From: Candidatus Butyricimonas faecavium
Lineage (GTDB): Bacteria; Bacteroidota; Bacteroidia; Bacteroidales; Marinifilaceae
Assembly (NCBI GenBank): GCA_019117165.1
Contig: DXAG01000016.1
Coordinates: 216 to 64,215, forward strand
Direction of reading: 5' to 3'
Length of the DNA stretch: 64,000 bases
In this document: positions 41,112 through 50,554 of the stretch, piece after piece
How positions within the stretch are numbered: position 1 is the stretch's first letter
Layout of the letters: the number at the start of each line of letters is the position of its first letter
Position numbers and translations under genes: made by a program
Notes under the pieces: model-generated
Databases searched by the model: none
The model's input: the letters and a program-made list of their open reading frames with translations, nothing else
What the model was told of the DNA's origin: nothing

Positions 41112-41156
41112 TTCAGGGGGAGCATCGGCATCAGCTGCCGGTGTATTCCCGCTGAA
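41112..41156 (+). other. GC-rich intra-operon stem-loop
   Basis: TTCAGGGGGAGCATCGGCA...TGCCGGTGTATTCCCGCTGAA; no U-tail on plus strand. Confidence 0.5.
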
Positions 41157-41198
41157 AATGTTCGTATATGTAAAAACTGTATTATAAAAGAGTTGAGT

Positions 41199-42308
41199 AT
41201 GAAAAAGTTTGGTGGATTGGTGTATCTACTTTGTATGTTGATATTAAGTGGTTGTAGTGATGATGTGTGTAACGTGAATGGTAAAATGAGTGACTTTTCG
41301 GGAGAAACAACGGTTTATCTGTTGCGCAGAACAGGTGAGTTCACACATGATACTCTTATGCAAACCGTCATGAAAGATGGGAGTTTTCGTTTGGAAGTCC
41401 CTCGTGATTTATGGGGTGAGCAATATAGTTTAAAATTTGGCGACAAGCGCTCGTCTGTTGCTTTTTTTGCAGAACAGGGAAATGTAAGAATCGAAGGAAA
41501 CGGGAAAACGATTTATGATGCGGATGTAACAGGGACGCCAGCAAATGATAGTTGGGATCGGTACCAGAAGTTTATGTCGGAAATTGGCAAGCAACGAAAT
41601 CTTTTGGGAAAAGAAATAAGGAGCAGTGATGATTCGGATAGCATTAAACGAGTAAAATATACACAACTTTTCAAGAAATTGGATGGGAAGATAGAACGTT
41701 ATAAAGATTCATTAGCACGGGTGGAAGCCAATTCTGTGGTTCCTTTATTTTTGTACTATCAATCGTTACAATTGTTGAAATACGATGAGATTGATAGAAT
41801 ATTGGCAAAATTCCCTCAATTAGCTGATAATAGGTATTATAAAGAATTGAAAGCACAAGCTGATGTTTTACGTAAAGTATCTCCGGGAGTAATAGCTCCT
41901 GATTTTGAAGTGAAAACAGTGAATGATGGTACGATAAAACTTTCTTCTTTCCGGGGTAAATATCTTATTTTGGATTTCTGGGCATCTTGGTGTGCACCCT
42001 GCCGGGAAGAGACGGTTTATATCAAGGATATATATAATAAATTTCATGATGCAGGATTGGAAGTATTTTCTGTCTCCTTGGATGATAAGAAAGCGGCTTG
42101 GTTGAAAGCAATTGAGGAAGATGGTATGATCTGGAATCATGGATGCCAGTTATTAAAAGGAGGTAAAAATACCCCGGTAGCACAGCTATACGGGATTGAT
42201 GGTATTCCGGCTATATGGGTGATCGATCCGGAAGGTAAAATTCTGGCTCAAGGGCTAAAAGGAGAAGAATTGGTTACATTTTGTACCAAATTATTCCAAA
42301 ATAAGTGA
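41199..42308 (+). CDS. TlpA-like thioredoxin lipoprotein
   Basis: Lipobox LSGC-SDD; ILDFWASWCAPC; GIP; ATG 41199 preferred over TTG 41193. Confidence 0.9.
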   Translation: MKKFGGLVYLLCMLILSGCSDDVCNVNGKMSDFSGETTVYLLRRTGEFTHDTLMQTVMKDGSFRLEVPRDLWGEQYSLKFGDKRSSVAFFAEQGNVRIEGNGKTIYDADVTGTPANDSWDRYQKFMSEIGKQRNLLGKEIRSSDDSDSIKRVKYTQLFKKLDGKIERYKDSLARVEANSVVPLFLYYQSLQLLKYDEIDRILAKFPQLADNRYYKELKAQADVLRKVSPGVIAPDFEVKTVNDGTIKLSSFRGKYLILDFWASWCAPCREETVYIKDIYNKFHDAGLEVFSVSLDDKKAAWLKAIEEDGMIWNHGCQLLKGGKNTPVAQLYGIDGIPAIWVIDPEGKILAQGLKGEELVTFCTKLFQNK

Positions 42309-42337
42309 TAGCTGAGTCGTTTTCTAAATATTTGATA

Positions 42338-44440
42338 ATGAAAAAAATAATTATATTGCTATTATTGGTATGCCCTGTGTTGACGCTACGTGCGGATGAG
42401 GGAATGTGGCTGTTATCACGTTTGAAGCAACACAATGAAACTCAGATGAAAAAATTAGGATTAAAGATTCCCGTGGAATATATTGTAGATAGTTTAAGCC
42501 AGGCCATTATTTCTTACAATGGAAGTGGGACAGCTTCTTTTATTTCGAAAGACGGCTTGCTGGTAACGAACTATCATTGTGCCTATGCGGCTATTCAACA
42601 GAGTAGTTCGGATGAGCATAATTATATTCGAGATGGATTTTGGGCGATAAATCAAGGAGAAGAAATTCCTTTAAAGGGGGTTGACATTTCCATTAATCGG
42701 GTGATTAAAGATATTTCAGAAGAGGTGAACGCTAAGTTGATAGGTGTAAAACCGGAACATAGTACGAGATTTGGAATTGTCAATGGTATTGCGGAAAAAT
42801 ACCGAAAACAATATCCGGGAATGAAAGTAAATATCCGTAGTTATCGGGATTACACGTTACATGTGTTGTATGTGACGCAATCATTTCAAGATGTCCGTCT
42901 CGTGGGTGCGCCTCCTTTTGCAATTGCAAAATTTGGTGGAGAAACAGATAACTGGACGTGGCCTCGTCATGGTTGTGATTTTGCTTTTCTTAGAGTGTAT
43001 GTATCTAAAGACGGAAAATCAACCGGTTATCAGGCCGATAATGTTCCTTATCATCCGGAAGTGTATCTGAAGGTTTCTGCAGAAGGATATGAAAAAGGAG
43101 ATTACGCAATGTCAATTGGTTATCCCGGTTTCACGGAACGAAATGCAACTTCTATGTTGATTTGGGAGAGACAGAACGTGTTGAATCCTCCGTTAATTAA
43201 GGTTCGTACAGCTAGACAGGAAATATTGCAGAAGTTTATGCGTGAGGACGAGAGTCTGCGTATTAAATATGCAGAGAAATTTGCATCATCAGCCAATTAT
43301 TGTAAGAATTCTGTCGGGGTAAATCAATGGATTGAAGATCTTGATGTTTGTAAGAAAAAGGCTGAACAAGAACAAGAATTTTTGAATTCTTGCAAAAATG
43401 ATTCTGTACGTCAGGCTTATGCCGGAATGCTTCAGACGATGGAAAAAGGAATTAAAGAAAGTGCTCGTTATCGTATTGCTTTAGGGTATTATGTGGAAGT
43501 TCGAAATGGATGTGAAATGCTGAATTTTATTTCCGGTTTCGGTCGTGGAATACCCTATGTTATAAAAGAGAAAGGAGAGTCAATGAAAAATTTTGTAGTG
43601 AACGTGAAAATGTACTACAAAGATTACTCCGAGAAAGTCGATCGGGCCGTGACAAAAGCCTTGTTAAAATTGATACAGAATGATCTGGATACAGATTTGC
43701 AACCGAGTTTCTTTACAACCTTGAAAACAGAATACGATGGAGATGTGGATCGTTTTGTTGATAAAATGTACGAACAATCTGCATTTGCCAGTGAAGAACG
43801 GTTGTTGGCTGCGTTGGAAAATCCGAATTGGAAAGTTGAAGATGATTTCGCTTATAAAATAGCAGAGCAAATGGAGGAGAAGGACAGGGAGGTATTTGCC
43901 TTAGTAAGTAAAAAGATGGATATTGTTCGAAAAGCTCAACATCAGTATAACAAAGGAAGATTGAATTTCCATCAGGAAGATTATTACCCGGATGCTGATA
44001 AAACGATCCGTCTTTCTTATGGAACAATTTGTGATTTACCTTTAGGAAATGGAATGGTGAAACCTTACCAGACTCGGTTAAGTGGGGTAATTGCGAAAGC
44101 AAATGCAAATATGGGGAATCCGGATTTCGATCTGCCAGAGAGGTTGAAAACACTTTGGGAGAGTAAAGATTTCGGGTGTTATGGGGAGAATGGTGATTTG
44201 CCGACTGATTTTATCATGAATGGTGATGTTACCGGAGGTAATTCTGGAAGCCCGTTATTGAATGCGAAAGGAGAATTGATCGGGTTGGTATTTGACTGTA
44301 ACTGGGAATCCATGACCCGTGATTTCAATTTTGATCAAAATTTGCATCGTGTTATTTGTTTGGATGTTCGGTATCTACTCTTTATTACGGAGAAGTATGC
44401 TCACATGAATTATATAATTGCTGAAATATTAGGAAAGTAA
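42338..44440 (+). CDS. S46 family dipeptidyl-peptidase (DPP7/DPP11-like)
   Basis: ADEGMW, TNYHC, DNWTWPRHGCDF, YPDADKTIRLSYG, TGGNSGSP, FDCNWE; ATG 42338 preferred. Confidence 0.92.
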   Translation: MKKIIILLLLVCPVLTLRADEGMWLLSRLKQHNETQMKKLGLKIPVEYIVDSLSQAIISYNGSGTASFISKDGLLVTNYHCAYAAIQQSSSDEHNYIRDGFWAINQGEEIPLKGVDISINRVIKDISEEVNAKLIGVKPEHSTRFGIVNGIAEKYRKQYPGMKVNIRSYRDYTLHVLYVTQSFQDVRLVGAPPFAIAKFGGETDNWTWPRHGCDFAFLRVYVSKDGKSTGYQADNVPYHPEVYLKVSAEGYEKGDYAMSIGYPGFTERNATSMLIWERQNVLNPPLIKVRTARQEILQKFMREDESLRIKYAEKFASSANYCKNSVGVNQWIEDLDVCKKKAEQEQEFLNSCKNDSVRQAYAGMLQTMEKGIKESARYRIALGYYVEVRNGCEMLNFISGFGRGIPYVIKEKGESMKNFVVNVKMYYKDYSEKVDRAVTKALLKLIQNDLDTDLQPSFFTTLKTEYDGDVDRFVDKMYEQSAFASEERLLAALENPNWKVEDDFAYKIAEQMEEKDREVFALVSKKMDIVRKAQHQYNKGRLNFHQEDYYPDADKTIRLSYGTICDLPLGNGMVKPYQTRLSGVIAKANANMGNPDFDLPERLKTLWESKDFGCYGENGDLPTDFIMNGDVTGGNSGSPLLNAKGELIGLVFDCNWESMTRDFNFDQNLHRVICLDVRYLLFITEKYAHMNYIIAEILGK

Positions 44441-44444
44441 TCAC

Positions 44445-44984
44445 ATGAAGCTTAAATATATTCTGACGTGTTTATCGTTTTTCATAATCACGTCGACGGC
44501 CTTTGCGCAAAAGGCTGCTTACATAATTGTCTCTAAAGAAGAGATGAAAATGACAGTTTACGATAATGACGGGAAGGAGTTATTAAAATTTCCTATCGCT
44601 TGCGGAATGAATTTCGGGCAGAAAGTGAAAGCTGGGGATAACCGGACACCAGAAGGTGTTTTTAAAGTCGTGAGTAAGGAGCCTGCGGCACATTGGACGT
44701 ATGATTTCGGGAAAGGACCGGTGAAAGGGGCTTACGGACCTCTGTTTATCCGGTTGAATACTCCGGGATTTAAAGGTATTGGAATTCATGGAACGCATGA
44801 TCCGACAATGGTTCCCGGGCGAGAGACTCATGGGTGTATCCGATTGAAAAATGATGATTTGGTGAAGTTGGCTAAATTCGTGAATAAGGGAACTGTCGTG
44901 GTTATCCTACCGAGTCGTACGGATGTGCTGGCAACTTTGTTGAAGAAGGAGAGTACTTCAGAAAAATTATTCATGTATAAATGA
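44445..44984 (+). CDS. L,D-transpeptidase (YkuD domain), secreted
   Basis: Signal peptide; GDNRTPEG, IGIHGT, THGCIRL. Confidence 0.9.
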   Translation: MKLKYILTCLSFFIITSTAFAQKAAYIIVSKEEMKMTVYDNDGKELLKFPIACGMNFGQKVKAGDNRTPEGVFKVVSKEPAAHWTYDFGKGPVKGAYGPLFIRLNTPGFKGIGIHGTHDPTMVPGRETHGCIRLKNDDLVKLAKFVNKGTVVVILPSRTDVLATLLKKESTSEKLFMYK

Positions 44985-44988
44985 GCGT

Positions 44989-46080
44989 ATGAAGGGATTA
45001 TTAGGAATATGGTTAGTGATTTGTGCATGTGCTTGTACATCTAAAGATGTTTGCCATGTACAGGGACGTATCGAAGGAATGAAGAATGACGTGGAGATTG
45101 TGGTTTTACGTCAGGTTACCGGGTTTCAGTATGATACGGTGCTGAGTGTATCTACGCAAGGAGGATGTTTCCAATTTGAATTGTCGAAAAAATATTACGG
45201 GGAAGCGTATGAATTGCAATTTGGTGATTTTCCGGGAAGAGCTCTTTTCTTTGCAGAAAAAGGAAATGTACAGGTTTGTGGTCACGTGGATTCTCTTTTC
45301 TTCTCTCGGGCATCGGGTACTCGGGGAAATGATGAATGGCAGAGTTACCAACGGTTTACGAAATTGTTATCGGAAAAGAGAGAGAATGCCATGTTTGCTC
45401 CTGAAATGAGAGAAGTGAGCGAGGATGAGCAGATTGCAAGACGGAAAATGATCATGCAAGAATACGAGGAAGAATTACTTCGTTTTCAAGATAAGTTGGT
45501 CGGAGATGGAAATTCTTTAGCTACCTTGTATAGTTATTGGAAGAGATATTTGAATATGGATGCTAACGAGATTTATTCGGTTTTGAAGAAGTTTAATCAA
45601 CAACTTGCTGATAATCGTTATTATCTTGATATGAAGAATCGGGCAGAGACATTGACTCGGGTGGCACCGGGAAGTATGGCTCCTGTTTTTACTGCTATAA
45701 CTTTGAATGGTGATACCATATCTTTGGCCGATCTGCGGGGAAAATATGTTATTTTGGACTTTTGGGCATCTTGGTGTATGCCATGTCGTGCAGAATCGGT
45801 GCATGTAAAAGAAATTTATCAAAAACTTCATGAAAAGGGATTGGATGTTTTTTCTGTGTCATCGGATAAAGATGAACAGGCATGGCGGAAAGCGATAGAA
45901 GATGACGGTATGGTATGGAATCAAGGAATCTTACGAGGTAAAAATAAAAAACATGTGTACGAGTTATACGGTATAGTTGGAATTCCTGCCATTTGGGTGA
46001 TTGACCCGGATGGAAAGATTATAGCTAAAGGGTTAAGAGGGGAAAAGTTGAAAGATTTTTGTTCTCGATTGTTTGATTAG
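44989..46080 (+). CDS. TlpA-like thioredoxin lipoprotein
   Basis: Lipobox ACAC; ILDFWASWCMPC; GIP. Confidence 0.9.
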   Translation: MKGLLGIWLVICACACTSKDVCHVQGRIEGMKNDVEIVVLRQVTGFQYDTVLSVSTQGGCFQFELSKKYYGEAYELQFGDFPGRALFFAEKGNVQVCGHVDSLFFSRASGTRGNDEWQSYQRFTKLLSEKRENAMFAPEMREVSEDEQIARRKMIMQEYEEELLRFQDKLVGDGNSLATLYSYWKRYLNMDANEIYSVLKKFNQQLADNRYYLDMKNRAETLTRVAPGSMAPVFTAITLNGDTISLADLRGKYVILDFWASWCMPCRAESVHVKEIYQKLHEKGLDVFSVSSDKDEQAWRKAIEDDGMVWNQGILRGKNKKHVYELYGIVGIPAIWVIDPDGKIIAKGLRGEKLKDFCSRLFD

Positions 46081-46090
46081 ATCAGGAAGA

Positions 46091-46121
46091 ACCCCCAAAA
46101 TGACGAAAGCATTTTGGGGGT
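46091..46121. terminator. Bidirectional terminator between locus 2 and tolC
   Basis: ACCCCCAAAATG/CATTTTGGGGGT perfect 12-bp stem. Confidence 0.75.
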
Positions 46122-46127
46122 AAATTT

Positions 46128-47315
46128 TTATAGCTTGTACTGATACAGCTGAGCTAATATGCTGTGGTACTCTTTTTCAACGTCAAGATAACTTTGGTGA
46201 CTATCATAAATTGTCGAGAGTTCCGTGAAGTAGTCAATCACGGAGAGTTGTCCGGCATTCATAGCCTTATTGAGTAATTCGATATTACGTTGTTGCTCCA
46301 ATACTTTTGCATAATCAGCGCAGGAAATTTGTAATGCCTCGGCTTGTTGGTAAAGCTGTTGAAGATTTGTTTTCAAATTCAAGCGATTGTCTTCCAATGA
46401 GGCTGTGGCAAATTCTGCTTGTGCTTTCGCTTTTTTTACCATGTTCTTGTTCTCGAACAGGGGAATAGATACTCCTACCATAAATCCATTAGAGGCCACA
46501 TGATCTGAGGCGGCACTACGTTTGTACCCAACGTCGAATTTCGGCAAAGTAAGAGAACGGCTTAATTTCACTTCCCGGTTGGCAATTTCTTGATCTCCGG
46601 TAAGGCTTTTTAAATTCGGGTCTGCATCTAGGAAAGCAGCTTGTAATAGATCAAAATTGATGAGTTCTTCTCCCGTCGGATAGTCTGTTGCGTCAAAAGT
46701 GATCGGGTTACCCCCATTTAAATTGCGAAGTTGCTCTTCGGCGGCAGTTAAGGCGGCTTTGTTCAAGCGGCTTTGATTTTGGGCGTTCAATAATTCCAAT
46801 TGAATTTTATTTAATTCCAATTGGTTCGCACCACCAGATTCAAACCGTTTTTTGTAGAGAGCGAACATGGTTTCTGCATTAGCTAACCGCTCATCCAAGA
46901 GGCTCTTTTGTTTCCGCAAGTAAATAATCTCTATACAAGTTTGTTTAGCATTTAAAAGTAATTGTTGGCGATAGGCGGCAGATTGGAATCCGATCGTGTT
47001 TGCTTTTAATTTTGCCAGTTTATTTTTGTTAGAGTAGGTTGTTGGGAAATCCAGGGATTGTTTTACGGTCAACGTGTATTCCGAACCGGGATTGTTCCGG
47101 TTTCCCCACATTTGTTCCCATTCTACCGAGGGGTTGGCAAGAAACTTTCCGGTTTGGGCCTCCAGTTTTTGTGCATCAGTCATTTTCGTGTTGGCTTGCA
47201 ATGACTTGTTGTTGGTTTCAATGCTTTTCAGCACTTGATCGATGCTGTTTTGGGCTCTCGTGGTGAGAGTTCCCAAAAGCATCAATCCGAGCATGTACAA
47301 TTTATGTGTTTTCAT
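46128..47315 (-). CDS. TolC/CzcC-family outer-membrane efflux protein
   Basis: Signal peptide; helical OEP repeats; GVSIPLF; operon context. Confidence 0.88.
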   Translation of the reverse strand: MKTHKLYMLGLMLLGTLTTRAQNSIDQVLKSIETNNKSLQANTKMTDAQKLEAQTGKFLANPSVEWEQMWGNRNNPGSEYTLTVKQSLDFPTTYSNKNKLAKLKANTIGFQSAAYRQQLLLNAKQTCIEIIYLRKQKSLLDERLANAETMFALYKKRFESGGANQLELNKIQLELLNAQNQSRLNKAALTAAEEQLRNLNGGNPITFDATDYPTGEELINFDLLQAAFLDADPNLKSLTGDQEIANREVKLSRSLTLPKFDVGYKRSAASDHVASNGFMVGVSIPLFENKNMVKKAKAQAEFATASLEDNRLNLKTNLQQLYQQAEALQISCADYAKVLEQQRNIELLNKAMNAGQLSVIDYFTELSTIYDSHQSYLDVEKEYHSILAQLYQYKL

Positions 47316-47333
47316 TTCTTTATTTTCAAAAGG

Positions 47334-50300
47334 TTACATTTCTAGGTTCTCGATCTCTTTTTGTTTGTGATTAAGTAACAAGTACATGATCGGAACGACA
47401 AAACCGTTTAATAAAGTAGAGCTTAATAATCCCCCTAAAATGACTTGGGCCATGGGACTTTGGATTTCGTTACCCGGAAGGTCTCCACCTAGGGCTAACG
47501 GAATTAAAGCTAAAGCAGAAGTCAAGGCCGTCATTAAGATGGGGTTCAACCGGTCAAGTGAACCATGAATAACGCTATCATGCAAGGACATACCTTCCGA
47601 GCGCAGGTGATTATAGTGAGATACGAGTAATATACCGTTTCGGGTAGCGATACCGAATAGGGAGATAAACCCAATAATAGCCGGAATACTGATGATTCCC
47701 GATGTAAACCAGATACTTAGTACTCCTCCGATAATTGCCAAAGGTAAGTTCAACATGATGATACCGGATAGTGGCATACTATGGAATTCGTTGAACAATA
47801 ATAGGAATATCAGTAAAATGGATATTACCGAGGTTAGGAACAACGTGCGGGATGCAGCTTGTTCGCTTTCGAATTGTCCGCCGTATTCCACGTGATAACC
47901 CTCCGGTAGAGTAATTTGTTCCCCGACCGTCTTTTGAATGTCTTTTACCACACCGTTCAAGTCACGTCCGGCAACATTGGCTGAAACAACGATTTTTCGC
48001 TGCACATTTTCACGGCTAATGGTGTTCGGACCTACCAAGGGAAGGATTTCGGCCACGTAATGAAGTGGGATTTTTTGCCCGTTGGCATCAATCATCAAAT
48101 TACCGATCTGTTCCATGTTAGCCTTGTCATCATCATGTACTTTTACGGTGAGGTCGAATACTTTACCACCTTCGTACACTTGTGACACGACTTTGCCCGA
48201 GAGAGCCACGTTAATGAATTCCGAGAATTCGGGCAAAGGAATTCCGTATTTAGCGAGCATATCCCGTTTGGGTTTGATCTGTAGTTGGGGACGTTCAATT
48301 TGTTGTTCCAAGGTTAAATCAGCAATTCCCTCAATCCCCTGTATGGCCTCTTTGATTTGTCCACCGATGTTATATAATTTATTCAAGTCGTTTCCGAATA
48401 GCTTGATAGCGATATTGGCTTTTGTACCGGAAAGCATGGCATCAATACGGTGGGAGATCGGTTGACCGATTTCGATGTTTACTCCCTTTAGTTCTCCCAA
48501 ACGTTGACGTACGTCAGCCAAGAATTCATCCCGGGAACGTTTATCCAGTTCGAAAGGAGCTTCCATTTCAGAAACGTTTACTCCAAGGGCGTGTTCATCC
48601 AATTCGGCACGTCCCGTTTTACGAGCCACAGTTTGTATTTCCGGAATGTCTAGAAGAATCTCTTCTGCCATACGTCCCAAATTATCAGATTCTTCCAAGG
48701 AAACACCCGGCATGGTACTGATGTTAATAGTGAGTGATCCTTCATTGAACGGGGGGAGGAAACTACGTCCCAATCCGGTCATGATGACAATCGTGAAGAT
48801 TAATAGAGCTGCACTGGTTCCGATAACCATTTTCTTGTGGCGGAGGGCCCATTCCAATGCTTTCTTGTACCATACTTTTAAGGTACGGGATACGAAAGGT
48901 TCTTTCTCGTTTTTCTTGAGCGCCTTTTTGGTCGTCAGCATGTAACTACACAATACTGGGGTCAAGGTCAATGCTACGACAGTTGAGGCGAATAAGGCCA
49001 CGATAAATGCGATACCTAGCGGGATCAACATACGTCCCTCCATTCCGGAAAGGAAGAATAACGGCAAGAAACAGGCCACGATAATTAGTGTCGAGTTCAG
49101 AATCGGCATACGTACTTCGCGGGACGCTTCGAACACCACTTTCAGCGAAGAGAGTCTTTCTTCTGCGGGTTTTAATTGATTTTCCCGTAGGCGCTTGTAT
49201 ACGTTCTCCACGTCGACAATGGCATCATCTACGAGTGAACCGATAGCAATGGCAAGTCCACCTAAACTCATCGTGTTAATTGTCAGGCCAAGCCCGTGAA
49301 GCGTTAGGATAGCAACTAGTAGGGATAGGGGAAGTGCAATTAGCGAAATAATCGTGGTACGTACATTCATTAGGAAGAAGAAAAGCACGATAACCACGAA
49401 AATCGCCCCCTCGAACAATGCTTTCTGTATGTTAGAAATAGAACTTTCGATAAAACGGGATTGACGGAATATGTCGGAAGAGATTTTCACGTCAGATGGT
49501 AGTGTCTTTTGTAGATCTACGATAGCTTGATCCAGTTTATCGGTTAGTTCTAGCGTGTTTGTGTTCGGTTGTTTTGTGATGGTTACCAGCACGGCAGGTT
49601 TTGCTCTTTCGGAGGCAAGCCCTAGTTTTGGTTCTTTCGGTCCAATTTGTACGGTTGCGATGTCCGATAATAGAATCGGAATGTTGTTCACGGTCTTTAC
49701 TACGCCTTTACCGATTTCTTCTACGTCATTTGTTGCCAAAAGACCTTGCACGATGTATTCGTTACCGTATTCATATAAGATACCTCCCGTGGAGTTCTGA
49801 TTCATGTTATCCACGACTGCTAATATTTCATCCATGCTGACCCCGTAGTGTTTCATGCGTGCGGGATCAAGAAGAATTTGGTATTCCTTGATGTCTCCAC
49901 CGATCACGGCTACCTGTGCGACTCCACCCGTAGATAACAGGCGGGGCCGGATCGTCCAGTCGGCAATCGTTCGTAAATCCTGTAAAGAAGTACTGTCGGC
50001 AGTCAATCCGAAAATCATCATTTCTCCCAAGATAGAAGATTGTGGTCCCAAGGTAGGTTGGCCTACGTTACTCGGTAAAACATCTCCCAATGTAGATAGT
50101 TTCTCGGATACGATCTGACGGGCCGTGTAAATATTGGTACCCCAATCGAATTGTACCCAGACTACCGAGAACCCGGTTGTAGAGGATGAACGTACGCTTT
50201 TTACGTCTGTGGCTCCATTGACGGCTGTTTCGATCGGGAAAGTAACCATGCGCTCCACTTCCTCGGGAGCCATTCCTTGTGCTTCGGTCATAACTACCAC

Positions 50301-50438
50301 TGTGGGCGCATTCAAATCCGGGAATACATCCACTTCCATTTTATGCGCCGTATAGGATCCCCATAGGAGTAAAGCTATTGACGCGATCATTACCACCAGC
50401 CGGTTATGTAATGAATATTGTATAATCTTATTCAGCAT
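47334..50438 (-). CDS. CusA/CzcA heavy-metal RND transporter
   Basis: DVFPDL, GMAPEEVE, NTMSLGGLAIAIGSLVDDAIVDVEN, RLNPILMTA. Confidence 0.93.
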   Translation of the reverse strand: MLNKIIQYSLHNRLVVMIASIALLLWGSYTAHKMEVDVFPDLNAPTVVVMTEAQGMAPEEVERMVTFPIETAVNGATDVKSVRSSSTTGFSVVWVQFDWGTNIYTARQIVSEKLSTLGDVLPSNVGQPTLGPQSSILGEMMIFGLTADSTSLQDLRTIADWTIRPRLLSTGGVAQVAVIGGDIKEYQILLDPARMKHYGVSMDEILAVVDNMNQNSTGGILYEYGNEYIVQGLLATNDVEEIGKGVVKTVNNIPILLSDIATVQIGPKEPKLGLASERAKPAVLVTITKQPNTNTLELTDKLDQAIVDLQKTLPSDVKISSDIFRQSRFIESSISNIQKALFEGAIFVVIVLFFFLMNVRTTIISLIALPLSLLVAILTLHGLGLTINTMSLGGLAIAIGSLVDDAIVDVENVYKRLRENQLKPAEERLSSLKVVFEASREVRMPILNSTLIIVACFLPLFFLSGMEGRMLIPLGIAFIVALFASTVVALTLTPVLCSYMLTTKKALKKNEKEPFVSRTLKVWYKKALEWALRHKKMVIGTSAALLIFTIVIMTGLGRSFLPPFNEGSLTINISTMPGVSLEESDNLGRMAEEILLDIPEIQTVARKTGRAELDEHALGVNVSEMEAPFELDKRSRDEFLADVRQRLGELKGVNIEIGQPISHRIDAMLSGTKANIAIKLFGNDLNKLYNIGGQIKEAIQGIEGIADLTLEQQIERPQLQIKPKRDMLAKYGIPLPEFSEFINVALSGKVVSQVYEGGKVFDLTVKVHDDDKANMEQIGNLMIDANGQKIPLHYVAEILPLVGPNTISRENVQRKIVVSANVAGRDLNGVVKDIQKTVGEQITLPEGYHVEYGGQFESEQAASRTLFLTSVISILLIFLLLFNEFHSMPLSGIIMLNLPLAIIGGVLSIWFTSGIISIPAIIGFISLFGIATRNGILLVSHYNHLRSEGMSLHDSVIHGSLDRLNPILMTALTSALALIPLALGGDLPGNEIQSPMAQVILGGLLSSTLLNGFVVPIMYLLLNHKQKEIENLEM

Positions 50439-50554
50439 CCGCTTTTAATTTTAGATTTAAAATTTTAGATTTTAGATTTCAGCCGCAGGAGGCTGATGTT
50501 TTTGTTCCAAACTCTAAATTAAACTTTTAGTTTTGTCTTCTGACTTTTAGTTTA

